Notes: generated from the sequence alone by a model not told the origin. DNA of 64,000 bases from Candidatus Latescibacterota bacterium (GCA_965207885.1 OZ242311.1:1376001-1440000); one strand, 5' to 3'; shown: positions 36,111 through 47,009, numbered from the stretch's first letter. Translations and numbers: made by a program.

Positions 36111-37895
36111 TCAAATCACCAACATCTTCACCTCGTGTTTCTTAGCGAAATACACATTATTTCCCATCACAGGACCGGGGACTTGGAAGGCGTCTTCTTC
36201 CTCATACAGGGGCGTAATAGCGCGGTGGGCGGGATCGAACGCATAAAAAGACGCCGTCGTAAAACCGTATAGCTTCCCATCTGGCCCATTCTGAAGCCCC
36301 AGATCCAGAGGACGGCCATCTAAGGGAATCGCATAGTGAAACGCCCGCGAAACAGGATCAAACGCAAACAGAACAGGACCCTCATCGCCCAGAGCCGTAC
36401 CGTACAGCAACCCATCCTCGCCGACAACAAGTGCATTAATCGCCGAAATCTGCCTATCGAGCGTACCCTCCCACGCTTTCTCTTCCCGCTCATAATCCCA
36501 CAAAAACAACACCGCCTGTGAAACCCGCGGACGGGTACCAGACCCCCCATTAATCGTCGTCCCCACCGCGAGCAAATCCTGGCGAACCAGCCCTGCCAGC
36601 GACCAGCAACTCGCCTCCCCGGCAATATCGCGGTAAGACCCAAACTGCTCCGTACCCGGATCGAACCACGACAACGGACCGCCCCACAAACCGTAATCCG
36701 GAACAGAAGCGATCCACACCCGCCCCATCGGACCCGTCATCATCGCACGGGGGCGATAGGACACCTCATCCACACGCCCCAAATCGCGCGGATTGCTATC
36801 AGCCGCCACCCCAAATTCATACGGCCGCGAAGGATCATACACCGACAGCCTCGCACCGGGATAAGAACAAATATAGAGCTTCCCGTCCAAATTCCCCATC
36901 GAATATGCTTCACCAGTCGCCGTGGAACAAACCCCCAGATCCGTCATATCGCCCGAAGAAGGCACAAAGCGGAACAAATGCAACGGCAAAATACTCGACC
37001 CGTATATATTGTCATCTGGCCCGCGATGCATCAAAAACAACTCACTCCCCGCCGATTCATACGCAATGGGCAACCGCCTCGTCGTCCCCGTCCTGGGATG
37101 CGTAATCCCAACCACGCGGTACATCTGCGTATCCCGATCCGCAAAATCAACAATCGAGCCATCGGACATCGTCGGCAGCGTTTCAGACTCGGGAAGCGAC
37201 GCCACCCGAACCGCCTCAAACCCTTCCAGACGAAAATTGCCTTCAGACGACGCGATATAAAGCGTCCCATCGGACGCCCGAATCAACGCCGACGCCCCAC
37301 CATCCTCCTTTGCCACAACCGGTCCCACCGCCTCCCGAACACCCGTCTTCGGATCCAACACCACCACATGGGGCCGCGTCATCTTAATATCGCAGGCAAT
37401 TGTCCCATCGGGCGCACACATCGGATAACAATACATATCCATCTCATCCATCCGTCCATACCGCACAAACACACCCGTCCTCGGATCGTAACTCGTCAGC
37501 CCCGCCGAACCGTAACACCCGATCCACAGCACCCCCTGGGCATCCTCATCAATACGGCAGGGAAACGTATCATCCGGCAAATTAATCGCCCCCAAATTAT
37601 CCAAACGCCCCGCCATTGGATCATAGCAAAACAAATACCCCGCGTACGCCGCCCCGATATAAATCACGCCACTGCGACTCAGCAACGTCGCCGTCGGATA
37701 ATGCGCCGAAGGCAGCGTCGCCGTCACCTGATCCGTATCCCCCGTAACCGGATCTACCTTCACCACCATGAAACCATCTGCCTGCTGGCCCATCACAGCC
37801 ACCAGACAATCGCGACCCTCTGCATCCAGCACCGGAAAAATACGCACCCAATTCACACTGCGGATCGGCACGCCAAGAGTATGGACAGAAGACAT
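36111..37895 (-). CDS. Hypothetical beta-propeller-like repeat protein
   Basis: Recurrent YDP / G.LY / DLG blade-like motifs. Start uncertain (ATG 37895 or TTG 37949). Confidence 0.6.
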   Translation of the reverse strand: MSSVHTLGVPIRSVNWVRIFPVLDAEGRDCLVAVMGQQADGFMVVKVDPVTGDTDQVTATLPSAHYPTATLLSRSGVIYIGAAYAGYLFCYDPMAGRLDNLGAINLPDDTFPCRIDEDAQGVLWIGCYGSAGLTSYDPRTGVFVRYGRMDEMDMYCYPMCAPDGTIACDIKMTRPHVVVLDPKTGVREAVGPVVAKEDGGASALIRASDGTLYIASSEGNFRLEGFEAVRVASLPESETLPTMSDGSIVDFADRDTQMYRVVGITHPRTGTTRRLPIAYESAGSELFLMHRGPDDNIYGSSILPLHLFRFVPSSGDMTDLGVCSTATGEAYSMGNLDGKLYICSYPGARLSVYDPSRPYEFGVAADSNPRDLGRVDEVSYRPRAMMTGPMGRVWIASVPDYGLWGGPLSWFDPGTEQFGSYRDIAGEASCWSLAGLVRQDLLAVGTTINGGSGTRPRVSQAVLFLWDYEREEKAWEGTLDRQISAINALVVGEDGLLYGTALGDEGPVLFAFDPVSRAFHYAIPLDGRPLDLGLQNGPDGKLYGFTTASFYAFDPAHRAITPLYEEEDAFQVPGPVMGNNVYFAKKHEVKMLVI

Positions 37896-37949
37896 ATTTA
37901 CATTCCCAAAAAATATGGGATGACCCGTTTTTGGATCATCCCACAGCAA

Positions 37950-40148
37950 TCAAAACTGATATTCCCGCTTAGTCCTCGGCTTTTTCGGTTGACTGGGCGA
38001 GGGCAAAGACTGCGGAGTCGAAGTATGTACAGGACACGGACGCCTGGGTTCTGTCCCCGGCTTAAACACCTCCGTATAGCGCCTGGAACAATAAATAGAC
38101 GCCACCTGGTATGTCTCCCCACAAACCTCCACCTTTGGAATATCTTCTGGCAACACAAAATCTTCAACCGGCAACTGGAGCATCGTGTGCGCGCGCCTCA
38201 TAAACTCCGCCCAAATCGGCAACGCCACAGCCGCACCCGACATTCGGCTACCCATCGACACCTTGGAATCGAACCCCACCCAAACCCCACACACAATCTG
38301 CGGCGTAAACCCGATAAACCACGCATCGGCATACTCCTGCGTCGTACCCGTCTTCCCCGCTGCTGGACGGCGAAAACCAAAAGCCGTGCGCGCAATCCGC
38401 CCCGTCCCGGTCAAAACCGCGTAATTTTCACCCGCCCGCATATCCAGAACCGACCGCATCAGATCCACAGTCACAGCCGCAGACTCTTCGCTCAACACCA
38501 CCTGTTCGCGCCCCTGCACATTCTCCTCGAGCACATTCCCATTCTTATCCTCAATTTTCAAAATCGACACTGGCGTCACCCGAATACCCTTATTCGCCAG
38601 CGTGCCATAAGCCGACACCAATTCCAGCAACTTGACCTCACTCGTACCCATCCCCAAAGACAAAACCGGTTGAACCTGCGAGTCAATACCCATCCTCATC
38701 GCGTAATCCACCACCGTCTGCGGCCCCACCTTTTCCAACACCTGAGTCGTCACCACATTGCGAGAACCCGCAAGCCCCTCGCGCATCGTCATCCACCCCA
38801 AAAATTTTCGGTCGTAATTCTCCGGCTGCCAATACGTCCCGTCGAACATCTTAATCGACACAGCCGTATCGGGCAACCGCCACGTAGGCGTATGGCCCTT
38901 ATCAACCGCAGCCGTATAAATAAAAGGCTTAAAAGAAGACCCGGGCTGACGCAACGCCTGCGTTGCACGATTGAACTTACTCTCTTCAAAATCGCGCCCA
39001 CCCACCATCGCCAAAACATGTCCCGTATGCGGGTCCAGCGCGACCAGCGCCCCCTGCAACACCAGATTCGCCAGCGTATCCTGATGCGTCTTAATCTTCG
39101 CAAAAAAAGCCGCACCCGGGGGATTGCGCTTCCAATTGGCAGCCACGCGATCTTTTATCCGCTCCATCAAATTTTGCGACACCACATCTTCTGCAATCTC
39201 CTGCAACCTGCTATCCAGCGTCGTAGTAACAGTCGCGCCATCGTAAAGCACACTCAGCCCATAGGTATATTCCAAATACTTGCGGATATCCTCTGTAAAA
39301 TAGGGCGCCTCTCCCGTCTCCTCTCGGACCTCCTTCAAAACAATCGGACGCTGCGCAATCGAATCGTATGCTGCCGCCGTAATCTTACCCGACCCCCGCA
39401 TATTGTACAACACCACATTATTGCGCCTATCCAGCGAGCGCTCGGGATGGTAAATCGGCGAATAGGGCGTTGGTCCCTTCAAAAGCCCGACCAACAACGC
39501 CCCTTCCTCCAGCGTCAAACGCTCGACATCCTTCCCGAAAAAACGACGCGCAGCCGTCTGAATACCGTACGCACTATTGCCAAAATACATCTGATTAAAA
39601 TACATCGTAATAATTTCGCGCTTGGTATAGGTGCGCTCCAAGAGCACGGCAGTCAACTGCTCCTGAATTTTGCGCGTCCATGTTGGATCCAGCGTCAAAA
39701 AAATATTGCGCGCCAATTGTTGTGTCAGCGTACTCGCACCGTGCCCTTTCAAAGTACCCGATGTATAAACATTGCGGAACACCACGCGGATAATATCGGG
39801 AACACTCACACCCCAGTGCCCCCAAAAACGCTGATCTTCCGTAACAATCAGAGCATCAATCACAGCACGCGGCAACTGCTCAAACGCAATGGGATCGCGC
39901 CTCTGCACCCAGAACTTCTTCAACTCGACCCCATCTCGAGAAAAAATATTAGTCGTCTGCGCGGGATCCACATCCTCTAACTTATCAAAAGACGGCAAAC
40001 CATCCTTGTACGCGTAAATCACCGCAGCAGCAATGCCCAAATACCCCACCGCGCAAATCACACAATAGATCGCCATACGGAAAAGATGGGGCCTTATCCA
40101 ATGGATTATACGATCAATATAGGGTCTTATCTTATCTATCCTGATCAT
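37950..40148 (-). CDS. mrcA: Class A penicillin-binding protein (PBP1A, transglycosylase/transpeptidase)
   Basis: EDQRF, GASTLTQQL, RKIQE; RQPGSSFKP (SxxK), SRN, KTGT; N-terminal TM anchor. Confidence 0.9.
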   Translation of the reverse strand: MIRIDKIRPYIDRIIHWIRPHLFRMAIYCVICAVGYLGIAAAVIYAYKDGLPSFDKLEDVDPAQTTNIFSRDGVELKKFWVQRRDPIAFEQLPRAVIDALIVTEDQRFWGHWGVSVPDIIRVVFRNVYTSGTLKGHGASTLTQQLARNIFLTLDPTWTRKIQEQLTAVLLERTYTKREIITMYFNQMYFGNSAYGIQTAARRFFGKDVERLTLEEGALLVGLLKGPTPYSPIYHPERSLDRRNNVVLYNMRGSGKITAAAYDSIAQRPIVLKEVREETGEAPYFTEDIRKYLEYTYGLSVLYDGATVTTTLDSRLQEIAEDVVSQNLMERIKDRVAANWKRNPPGAAFFAKIKTHQDTLANLVLQGALVALDPHTGHVLAMVGGRDFEESKFNRATQALRQPGSSFKPFIYTAAVDKGHTPTWRLPDTAVSIKMFDGTYWQPENYDRKFLGWMTMREGLAGSRNVVTTQVLEKVGPQTVVDYAMRMGIDSQVQPVLSLGMGTSEVKLLELVSAYGTLANKGIRVTPVSILKIEDKNGNVLEENVQGREQVVLSEESAAVTVDLMRSVLDMRAGENYAVLTGTGRIARTAFGFRRPAAGKTGTTQEYADAWFIGFTPQIVCGVWVGFDSKVSMGSRMSGAAVALPIWAEFMRRAHTMLQLPVEDFVLPEDIPKVEVCGETYQVASIYCSRRYTEVFKPGTEPRRPCPVHTSTPQSLPSPSQPKKPRTKREYQF

Positions 40149-40154
40149 CCTGAC

Positions 40155-41762
40155 CTATTCCGGGTAAAGCCACGGCACGCGGCTGATGAGATAATCGCGT
40201 TGTTCCTCCATCATCACCTCAATCACAGTAGGACCTTCCAGCCCCAGAGTATCGGCAAAAACCGCTTCAAAACGGTCGGGATCATCCACGCGGATCCCCC
40301 GTGCACCCAGAGACCGCGCCAGATCTGCAAGACGAGGCGTCTTCATATCCGTATCGATCACCCGACCATTAAAAGCCTTCGCCTGCGCACCGCGAATCGC
40401 CGAAAGACTGCCATCATTGGAAACGACCGAAACTGTCTCAACGCCGTGTTCAGCCGCAGTAGCGAGCTCGCTCGCCGTCATCTGAAACCCGCCATCGCCA
40501 CAAAACGCGACAACCTGCTGATCTGGACACGCGAGCTTCGCGCCAATAGCAGCGGGAACCGCAAAACCCAGCGTAACCGAATGACTGGGATAGAGAAACG
40601 TGCGCGGCACAGTAATCGGATACTCGTCAAACGCGCGATACCCAATAGACGTAACATCCACCACAATAATCGCATCATCTGGAAGCGACTTGCGCGTAAC
40701 CCCCATAATGGGCACTGGCGCGCGGTTGGCCCCGGCTTCGGCCCGCGTGCGATCGACAAAATCGCCCCAATCCGCCGTATAATCACCCACCACCTCGACA
40801 AGCTGGGGAATCGACAGCGCCAGATCGCCCGCAGCACCCGCTTCAATCGGATACTCGCGCCCAAGCTCTCGCGGATCGGGATCGAGTTGAACCTTGCGCT
40901 CCGGCAGAGGAAGTGACCAGCTCCGCGTATCGATCTGCGTAAAGCGACAGCCAATCGCGAGAAGCAAATCGGCACTGCCGAGAACCGTCTTGCCCGCCTG
41001 TGCCGAACAATGCCCCACAGTCAGGGGATGGCCATCTGGCATAACCCCCTTGCCAAGACGGGTATAAACAACGGGAATATTGAGATCCTCTGCGAGAGAA
41101 CGGAGCGCATCGGTGGCATTGGCGTGAATAACCGCACTACCCGCCAGAATAGCCGGGCGTTTTGCCGTGCGAAGCACCTCAGCCACGCGGTCAATATCCA
41201 CACTATCGGGACAAAGGCGGTCCCCCTCAACTACAGGTGGAATATCCGCCATACCCTCCTCTGCGGCGACATCGGTCGGTATTTCAATAACCGCAGGACC
41301 GGGGCGCGGAGCGCGCAGTGCCTTGAACGCACCGACAACCGCATCGGGAATTTCAGCAACAGACCTGGGACGCGCAAAAAAGTGCGTAATCGACTTAAAA
41401 AAAGACGCCTGATCCAGACCGTGAAAACACTTGGCGCGATCCCGCCCGTCAAAAGCCACCTCTGTACCCCCGGTAATCAACAGCACGGGAACGCAATCCG
41501 TATGGGCATCCACCAGACCCGTAGAAGCATTTGTCGAACCAGGCCCTGGAACAGTAAGCGCGACACCAACGCGCCCAGAAGCACGCGCATACCCATTCGC
41601 AATCAAAGTCGCGCCCTGTTCGTGGCGGATGAGCAGGTGGCGAATACCACCCGCGCGCAGCACCGCGTCGTAAAGGTGAATATTCTGATTGCCGGGCATA
41701 CCCGTAAGCGTATCAACACCCTGCGCTTTCAGACTCTGGATAAGTACATCAGCACCAGTCAT
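40155..41762 (-). CDS. Thiamine pyrophosphate-binding enzyme (acetolactate synthase-like family)
   Basis: MTGADVL, RHEQGA, GYARASG, PGPG.TN, GDGGFQM...ND. Confidence 0.88.
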   Translation of the reverse strand: MTGADVLIQSLKAQGVDTLTGMPGNQNIHLYDAVLRAGGIRHLLIRHEQGATLIANGYARASGRVGVALTVPGPGSTNASTGLVDAHTDCVPVLLITGGTEVAFDGRDRAKCFHGLDQASFFKSITHFFARPRSVAEIPDAVVGAFKALRAPRPGPAVIEIPTDVAAEEGMADIPPVVEGDRLCPDSVDIDRVAEVLRTAKRPAILAGSAVIHANATDALRSLAEDLNIPVVYTRLGKGVMPDGHPLTVGHCSAQAGKTVLGSADLLLAIGCRFTQIDTRSWSLPLPERKVQLDPDPRELGREYPIEAGAAGDLALSIPQLVEVVGDYTADWGDFVDRTRAEAGANRAPVPIMGVTRKSLPDDAIIVVDVTSIGYRAFDEYPITVPRTFLYPSHSVTLGFAVPAAIGAKLACPDQQVVAFCGDGGFQMTASELATAAEHGVETVSVVSNDGSLSAIRGAQAKAFNGRVIDTDMKTPRLADLARSLGARGIRVDDPDRFEAVFADTLGLEGPTVIEVMMEEQRDYLISRVPWLYPE

Positions 41763-41774
41763 AAAAAGTTCCTT

Positions 41775-42860
41775 TCAACGCATAAAAAGATCGAAATATT
41801 CTACAGCAGTCTTATCCCATGTAAACCCAGAACGCACATAATCGCGGGCTTCGCGTTCTATTTCCTCGCGCTCTGTTGCGGGCAATTGAAAAAAAGCGTG
41901 AATCTGATCGACAAACGCCTGATAATCATTGGACGGGATGAGATACCCCCCCTTGCTAACACTCTCCGTAAGCGCATCCACAGCAAAAGCAACCACGGGC
42001 GTACCATCGTGCATACATTCGAGATGGGTAATACCAAACCCCTCCACATCGTTGGGATAGGGCACATTGGGCATAAGAAAAAGATCGGCTGCGCCTCTAA
42101 TAAATCCCAATTCTTCATCGCTCAGATAAAGCAACAACACGCGGTCTTGAAGGCCATTTTCTTTGCAAATCTCGCGAATGCGCTCGGCATCTGGCCCAGA
42201 GCCGCTCACGATCAGTTTGATATCTCGGTCGAGCAAAGGCACGCCGCATGCCAAAAATTTAGCCACGCCTTTCCGGGGCACTTGCCTGCCGAAATTCAGA
42301 ACAATTTTGTCCCGTCCAAATTGAACACCGTGTTCGGCTTCAAATCGCGCTTTGAGAGCCTCGCGCTGCGCCCTGGGAATACTGGGCGGATCGATACCGA
42401 GATAAATAATATCAATTTTTTCAGCGGGCACACCAGCCTGAATGGAAAGTTCTCTGGTAATTTGACTGATAACAGCCACCCTGTCACAAAACGAAACACC
42501 AAAGCGCATCATGCGGCTAAATATCGGATTGGAAAACGTCATCTCCAAACCGTAAATAGTCACCACAAAACGCACGCGCGTGAACAACCTCAGAAATGGC
42601 GCAATAGAACAAATCACGCCATCGCTAAAATAAATCGCATCAACCCGCCTGAAAATAACACAACAAAATGATATCAGAAACGCATAAGGCACGAACCAGA
42701 TCAGATGCAAAAGCGAATCTCTGCCCAGTGCGACCAGTTTAACCGAACACATCTCCATCAAACGATGATAGAGATTATAACAATGCGTCTGAATACCCCC
42801 CACACTGGGCGGATAGCGACGCGCGAGAAAAAGGATGCGGAAGTTGTTTTTAGAAGACAT
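41775..42860 (-). CDS. Glycosyltransferase family 4
   Basis: YPPSVGGIQ, GRQVPRKG, EGFGITHLE. Confidence 0.85.
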   Translation of the reverse strand: MSSKNNFRILFLARRYPPSVGGIQTHCYNLYHRLMEMCSVKLVALGRDSLLHLIWFVPYAFLISFCCVIFRRVDAIYFSDGVICSIAPFLRLFTRVRFVVTIYGLEMTFSNPIFSRMMRFGVSFCDRVAVISQITRELSIQAGVPAEKIDIIYLGIDPPSIPRAQREALKARFEAEHGVQFGRDKIVLNFGRQVPRKGVAKFLACGVPLLDRDIKLIVSGSGPDAERIREICKENGLQDRVLLLYLSDEELGFIRGAADLFLMPNVPYPNDVEGFGITHLECMHDGTPVVAFAVDALTESVSKGGYLIPSNDYQAFVDQIHAFFQLPATEREEIEREARDYVRSGFTWDKTAVEYFDLFMR

Positions 42861-42862
42861 AA

Positions 42863-43918
42863 CTATGCAATATCCGCCTGCTCACTACGCTGAATCAATT
42901 CTCGTTCCGCCTGCTCGCGGTCCGCTGCGTTTTCAAGTGGAATAACAGTCGCGCCGGGACAGGGTTTGGGATACATAATGCGACTGGCACCGGCCTGTTC
43001 CATAGCCTCGACAACCGGCTTTGTATCGCACGCAAGCGCGATAATCGTGCCGCCACCCCCTGCGCCAGCGAGCTTTGCGCCCAGAGCGCCGCCATCCAAT
43101 GCAGCCTGAATCAGCCGCTCATTTTCCGGACCCGATCCTCCCAAATCGCGCTGAATCTCGTGGTTCTCAACCATCAGCGCGCCCAGATGCGCCCAATCTT
43201 TGGCGAGAATCGCGCGTTTGCCCATACGCGCCAGATGGGCAATCCGCAAATAACAACGCCTGACCTCTCGATCGCCCTCCAACCAGCGCTCTCGAATCGG
43301 CAAATGAACAGTACCCGACGAACGCTGGACACCCGTATGCCCCAACACAAAGGGATAATCCCCGACATATTCGTGGAGCGGTTCAACAGTCGCATAAGGT
43401 TCATCGCCAAATGCGCGGTAAAACTGCTTGCCATTAAAATCCATATAATTCAGACCGCCAAACATGCACATATACGCATCTTGATACCCGCATAAAGCCA
43501 TATAGTTCAACTCAATATGCCGCGCCATCTCAGCGCAAAAAAAAGGATGCTCATCGCGTCCCAGAAATGCAAAAATCGCGTTGAGAATAGACACACTCAT
43601 AGCCGACGAACTGGAAAGCCCGGCGGCAAAAGGCACATTGCACGCCCAGCGTAGAGAAAATTTCGCGCTGCCGAGATCCAAAAAATGGACGATAGCCTTC
43701 GCCACATCAAAATAACCGCCATCCGGATACAGATCCTCCGGGCAATGCACTTCAAAGCGTTGCCCGGAGACTTCAAAACTGAGCACATCGGACGGCGCAA
43801 TCAGAACCGCGGCGCGTTCTCGCGTCGAACACGAAATAACGCTACCGCCGTACATATCGGTGGGATTTCCAATAATGCCACACCGCCCTGGGGCAGTGGA
43901 AAAAAACGCATGGGTCAT
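42863..43918 (-). CDS. GHMP-family sugar kinase (glucuronokinase-like)
   Basis: APGRCGIIGNPTDMYGG, VPFAAGLSSSSA, CGYQD, GAKLAGAGGGG. Confidence 0.8.
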   Translation of the reverse strand: MTHAFFSTAPGRCGIIGNPTDMYGGSVISCSTRERAAVLIAPSDVLSFEVSGQRFEVHCPEDLYPDGGYFDVAKAIVHFLDLGSAKFSLRWACNVPFAAGLSSSSAMSVSILNAIFAFLGRDEHPFFCAEMARHIELNYMALCGYQDAYMCMFGGLNYMDFNGKQFYRAFGDEPYATVEPLHEYVGDYPFVLGHTGVQRSSGTVHLPIRERWLEGDREVRRCYLRIAHLARMGKRAILAKDWAHLGALMVENHEIQRDLGGSGPENERLIQAALDGGALGAKLAGAGGGGTIIALACDTKPVVEAMEQAGASRIMYPKPCPGATVIPLENAADREQAERELIQRSEQADIA

Positions 43919-44838
43919 TAGAATTGTCTCAGGCGCTTTTGCAGGTACTGGCGAAGAAGGTACCCATAGCGCTGATCGAAAAGGGAAAAATCGATAAAGG
44001 ATTTGAAATACGATTCAAAATCGCCAATATCATAGCGCAATTCTTCGGGATACAACTTGATACAGCGAACAGTATGTCCCATTTTAATAAGCGTCGAAAT
44101 CGCATCTGTAAGCTCGAGCTTGCCCCTGTAACTGGGAGATGTGCGTTTGAGAGCAGTAAAAATTTCGGGATTAAAAATATAACGCGCGGCCACGCCGAGA
44201 TTGCTCGGTGCATTTTCCGGAGCGGGCTTCTCCACAATATGCGCGATTTCAAAATCGTCTTCAGACTCGCCGTTCACAGGCTCGACAATACCGTACTGGT
44301 TCTCTTCGCCCCCGGGCACTTCAACAACCGCAATAGTACAACTGGACCCGTTTTCGCAGTGCGATTTGATCATCCGCCGCAAGAGACCCGCATGATTGCC
44401 CGACTTGATAATCGTATCGCCAAACGCGACCACAAATGGCTCGCCGCCAACAAAGTCCTCAGCCCTGCTAATGGCATCTCCTATGCCCGCGGGTGTAATG
44501 TGACCGGAAGGAATAATTTGTCGCGTATAGAAAAATTTGACCCCTTCTCTTTCATAATCGAGTTCATCGAGTGTGTGATCGCTCTCCGAGAGATAATTCT
44601 GCAATTCCGGATCCCGATCAAAATGATCTTCTATCGTGCGCTTATCCTTTCCCGTCACAAAGAGTATCTTCTTTAACCCCTGCTCAATCACCTCTTCAAC
44701 CACATACTGAACCACGGGTTTTCTCCCCACGGGCAACATCTCTTTGGGTTGAGATTTGGTCGCAGGCAACAGACTCGTGCCCAAACCGGCAACCGGAATA
44801 ACGACTTTTTCAATCTCCATAGCGCGATGCTCCTCCAA
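43918..44838 (-). CDS. galU: UTP--sugar-1-phosphate uridylyltransferase (GalU family)
   Basis: VIPVAGLGTSLLPATKSQPKEMLP, IEDHFD, VEKP, ELTDAI. Confidence 0.8.
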   Translation of the reverse strand: MEEHRAMEIEKVVIPVAGLGTSLLPATKSQPKEMLPVGRKPVVQYVVEEVIEQGLKKILFVTGKDKRTIEDHFDRDPELQNYLSESDHTLDELDYEREGVKFFYTRQIIPSGHITPAGIGDAISRAEDFVGGEPFVVAFGDTIIKSGNHAGLLRRMIKSHCENGSSCTIAVVEVPGGEENQYGIVEPVNGESEDDFEIAHIVEKPAPENAPSNLGVAARYIFNPEIFTALKRTSPSYRGKLELTDAISTLIKMGHTVRCIKLYPEELRYDIGDFESYFKSFIDFSLFDQRYGYLLRQYLQKRLRQF

Positions 44839-44933
44839 ATGCCAAACGCTTGACAGAGTGCTATTTGTCCCTTAGAATATCAATAAAAAATAACAGGAGA
44901 AACTTGTAGAACGCAAGGTAAAAGAATTTCATC

Positions 44934-45893
44934 ATGTTAAACAAACAAATAACAGACGCCCGTGCGTGGACTGCTGATACAATTGATGCGTCTTCTGACT
45001 GGTATTACCCCCTGTCTGAAAGCTATTTGTCTGCGCTCGATAACGAAGTGCAAAAACATGCGGACGCAATATCTGATCTCCGCGTCTCCGACGCCATCGC
45101 TTGTGCGCCGTGTCTCCAGCCCGTTCTGGACGTATTGCACACTGGACGTGGATTTGCCATCATCGAGCGCTTGCCCGTAGAATATTACACGCGGGACCAG
45201 GCGCGAGCCGCATATTGGATGATTGGACAGTGTTTGGGCGTACCCTTTGAACAAAATATCGAAGGCACGCTACTCTACGACGTACGGGACACCGGACGAG
45301 ATGTAAAATCGGGCGCGCGTTTTTCTGTAACCAACGCAGAAAGTTCGTTTCACACAGATGGTGCATTCGGAACACAAGTACCCGAAATAGTCGGCCTGTT
45401 ATGTATCAAAACCGCGCGATCGGGTGGGCGCAGTCAACTGATCAGTGCCTGTGCAGTACACAATATATTACACCAACAAGCGCCCAATGTTCTAAACGCG
45501 CTCTACTCATCTTTCTATTTTGACCGACGCGGACAATATCTCCCGAACGAAGCACCTGTAAAAAAGACCCCTGTGTTTTCCTGGGACAAACAAACACTAA
45601 TGATGCGCTACCTGCATTATTATATCCAGGTGGGACATCGAGAAGCAGGAGTGCCACTCACGCCAGAACAAGAGCGCGCACTACAAACCGTTGAAGACAT
45701 ATTAAAGCATCCCGAAATGTGCGTGGAATTTGATCTCGCGCCTGGACAAATGCTATTTACCAACAACAACTGGATCCTGCACAATCGAACGGCATTTGAA
45801 GACCATCCAGATCCAGATCAAAGACGGCATTACGTGCGACTGTGGTTGATGCAAAAGGACAATGTAGATGGCTGCATTGAGATCCGCGATTGA
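44934..45893 (+). CDS. TauD/TfdA-family Fe(II)/2-oxoglutarate dioxygenase
   Basis: FHTD, VGLLC...SGG.S, NNWILHNRTAF, RRHYVRLWL. Confidence 0.85.
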   Translation: MLNKQITDARAWTADTIDASSDWYYPLSESYLSALDNEVQKHADAISDLRVSDAIACAPCLQPVLDVLHTGRGFAIIERLPVEYYTRDQARAAYWMIGQCLGVPFEQNIEGTLLYDVRDTGRDVKSGARFSVTNAESSFHTDGAFGTQVPEIVGLLCIKTARSGGRSQLISACAVHNILHQQAPNVLNALYSSFYFDRRGQYLPNEAPVKKTPVFSWDKQTLMMRYLHYYIQVGHREAGVPLTPEQERALQTVEDILKHPEMCVEFDLAPGQMLFTNNNWILHNRTAFEDHPDPDQRRHYVRLWLMQKDNVDGCIEIRD

Positions 45894-46992
45894 AGACCGC
45901 AAAAGCCGGTGGCAGATCAGTCTGTTGTTGGACGAGCAGGCTGTCAGTGGTCTCGGTGTGGTAAAAAAACACATGCAGATCGATTCTGCTGTTGTAAAAA
46001 TGGGTGGCATTGCCGGTGTATGGACGGATTCCAATCATCGCCGGAAAGGATATGCCAGTCAGGCCATGTGGGAATCGATTGCACTGATGGAGCGCCAGAA
46101 CTGCGACATGAGCATTTTGTTTGGCATTGACGATTTTTACCATCGATATGGGTATGCCGTGGTATTTGCCGATCAGTCTATGTGGTTGAAAACATCGCAA
46201 TTATTGTCGCTGAACGGCCCTTTGAAAGCGCGGAGAGGGCGCAGGGCTGATCACGAGGCAATGCGCCGATTGTACAGAAATTACAATGCCGCACGCTCAG
46301 GCATGGACGCACGTCAAAAGAACTGGAAGCCGAGATGGTATATGCCAAACCTGGGCAAAGATACGGTTCGCCGTGCGGGAAAATTTCTGGTGGTGTATGA
46401 CGCTCGGGACCGGGTGCGCGGATATGCAGTTTACGACATACAGGCGGAGCGCACCGTGGTAACAGAAGTCTGCGGAAAGGACCGCGAAGCACTTGCCTCT
46501 GTCGGGAAAACCATCGCAAGACGAGCAAAACGTGCGGGCGCTGAAGAAGTACTCTTTCATCTGCCTTGCGATGATCCATTTATCTCGCTGTGCATACCCC
46601 TGGGATGTACGTGTTTAATTGCGTATCCGTTTAATCAAAGCGCAATGGGACGCATTATCCATCTGAATCGTCTGATGAAAAAATTGCTGCCCGTATTCCA
46701 AAAACGATGGGCGCACTCAGAATTGAATTGGACAGGTGAATTTGCCATTGATACAGACATTGGGCGCGTGGGCTTCGAGATTTCCGAATCAGATATTGTC
46801 ATGGCCGATGTTGGTGGCCGTGCCCGGGTGTCAATGCCTCAAATGGCGTTGACACAACTGGTAATGGGGTATCGACAGGTAGTAGATATTGCTTATAATG
46901 ATGGAATAAAAATATCCAGACAACTGCTACCTGTGCTGGATATCCTGTTTCCCAAAGGCAATCCGTATATGTGGTGGACAGATCGATTTTAG
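45868..46992 (+). CDS. GNAT acetyltransferase, Eis-like with SCP2-like C-terminus
   Basis: GGIAGVWTDSNHRRKGYA, FYHRYGY, C-terminal LFP...PYMWWTDRF. Confidence 0.75.
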   Translation: MAALRSAIEDRKSRWQISLLLDEQAVSGLGVVKKHMQIDSAVVKMGGIAGVWTDSNHRRKGYASQAMWESIALMERQNCDMSILFGIDDFYHRYGYAVVFADQSMWLKTSQLLSLNGPLKARRGRRADHEAMRRLYRNYNAARSGMDARQKNWKPRWYMPNLGKDTVRRAGKFLVVYDARDRVRGYAVYDIQAERTVVTEVCGKDREALASVGKTIARRAKRAGAEEVLFHLPCDDPFISLCIPLGCTCLIAYPFNQSAMGRIIHLNRLMKKLLPVFQKRWAHSELNWTGEFAIDTDIGRVGFEISESDIVMADVGGRARVSMPQMALTQLVMGYRQVVDIAYNDGIKISRQLLPVLDILFPKGNPYMWWTDRF

Positions 46993-47009
46993 TACGAAAG
47001 GAGAGAGCA

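Noticed and set aside
36978-39980. 1000-aa + strand ORF
   Set aside because: Antisense shadow of the PBP1A and beta-propeller genes; Arg/His/Pro-rich with no motifs, explained by codon bias on the opposite strand.
41010-42671. 553-aa + strand ORF
   Set aside because: Antisense to the TPP enzyme and GT4 genes, which have clear motifs.
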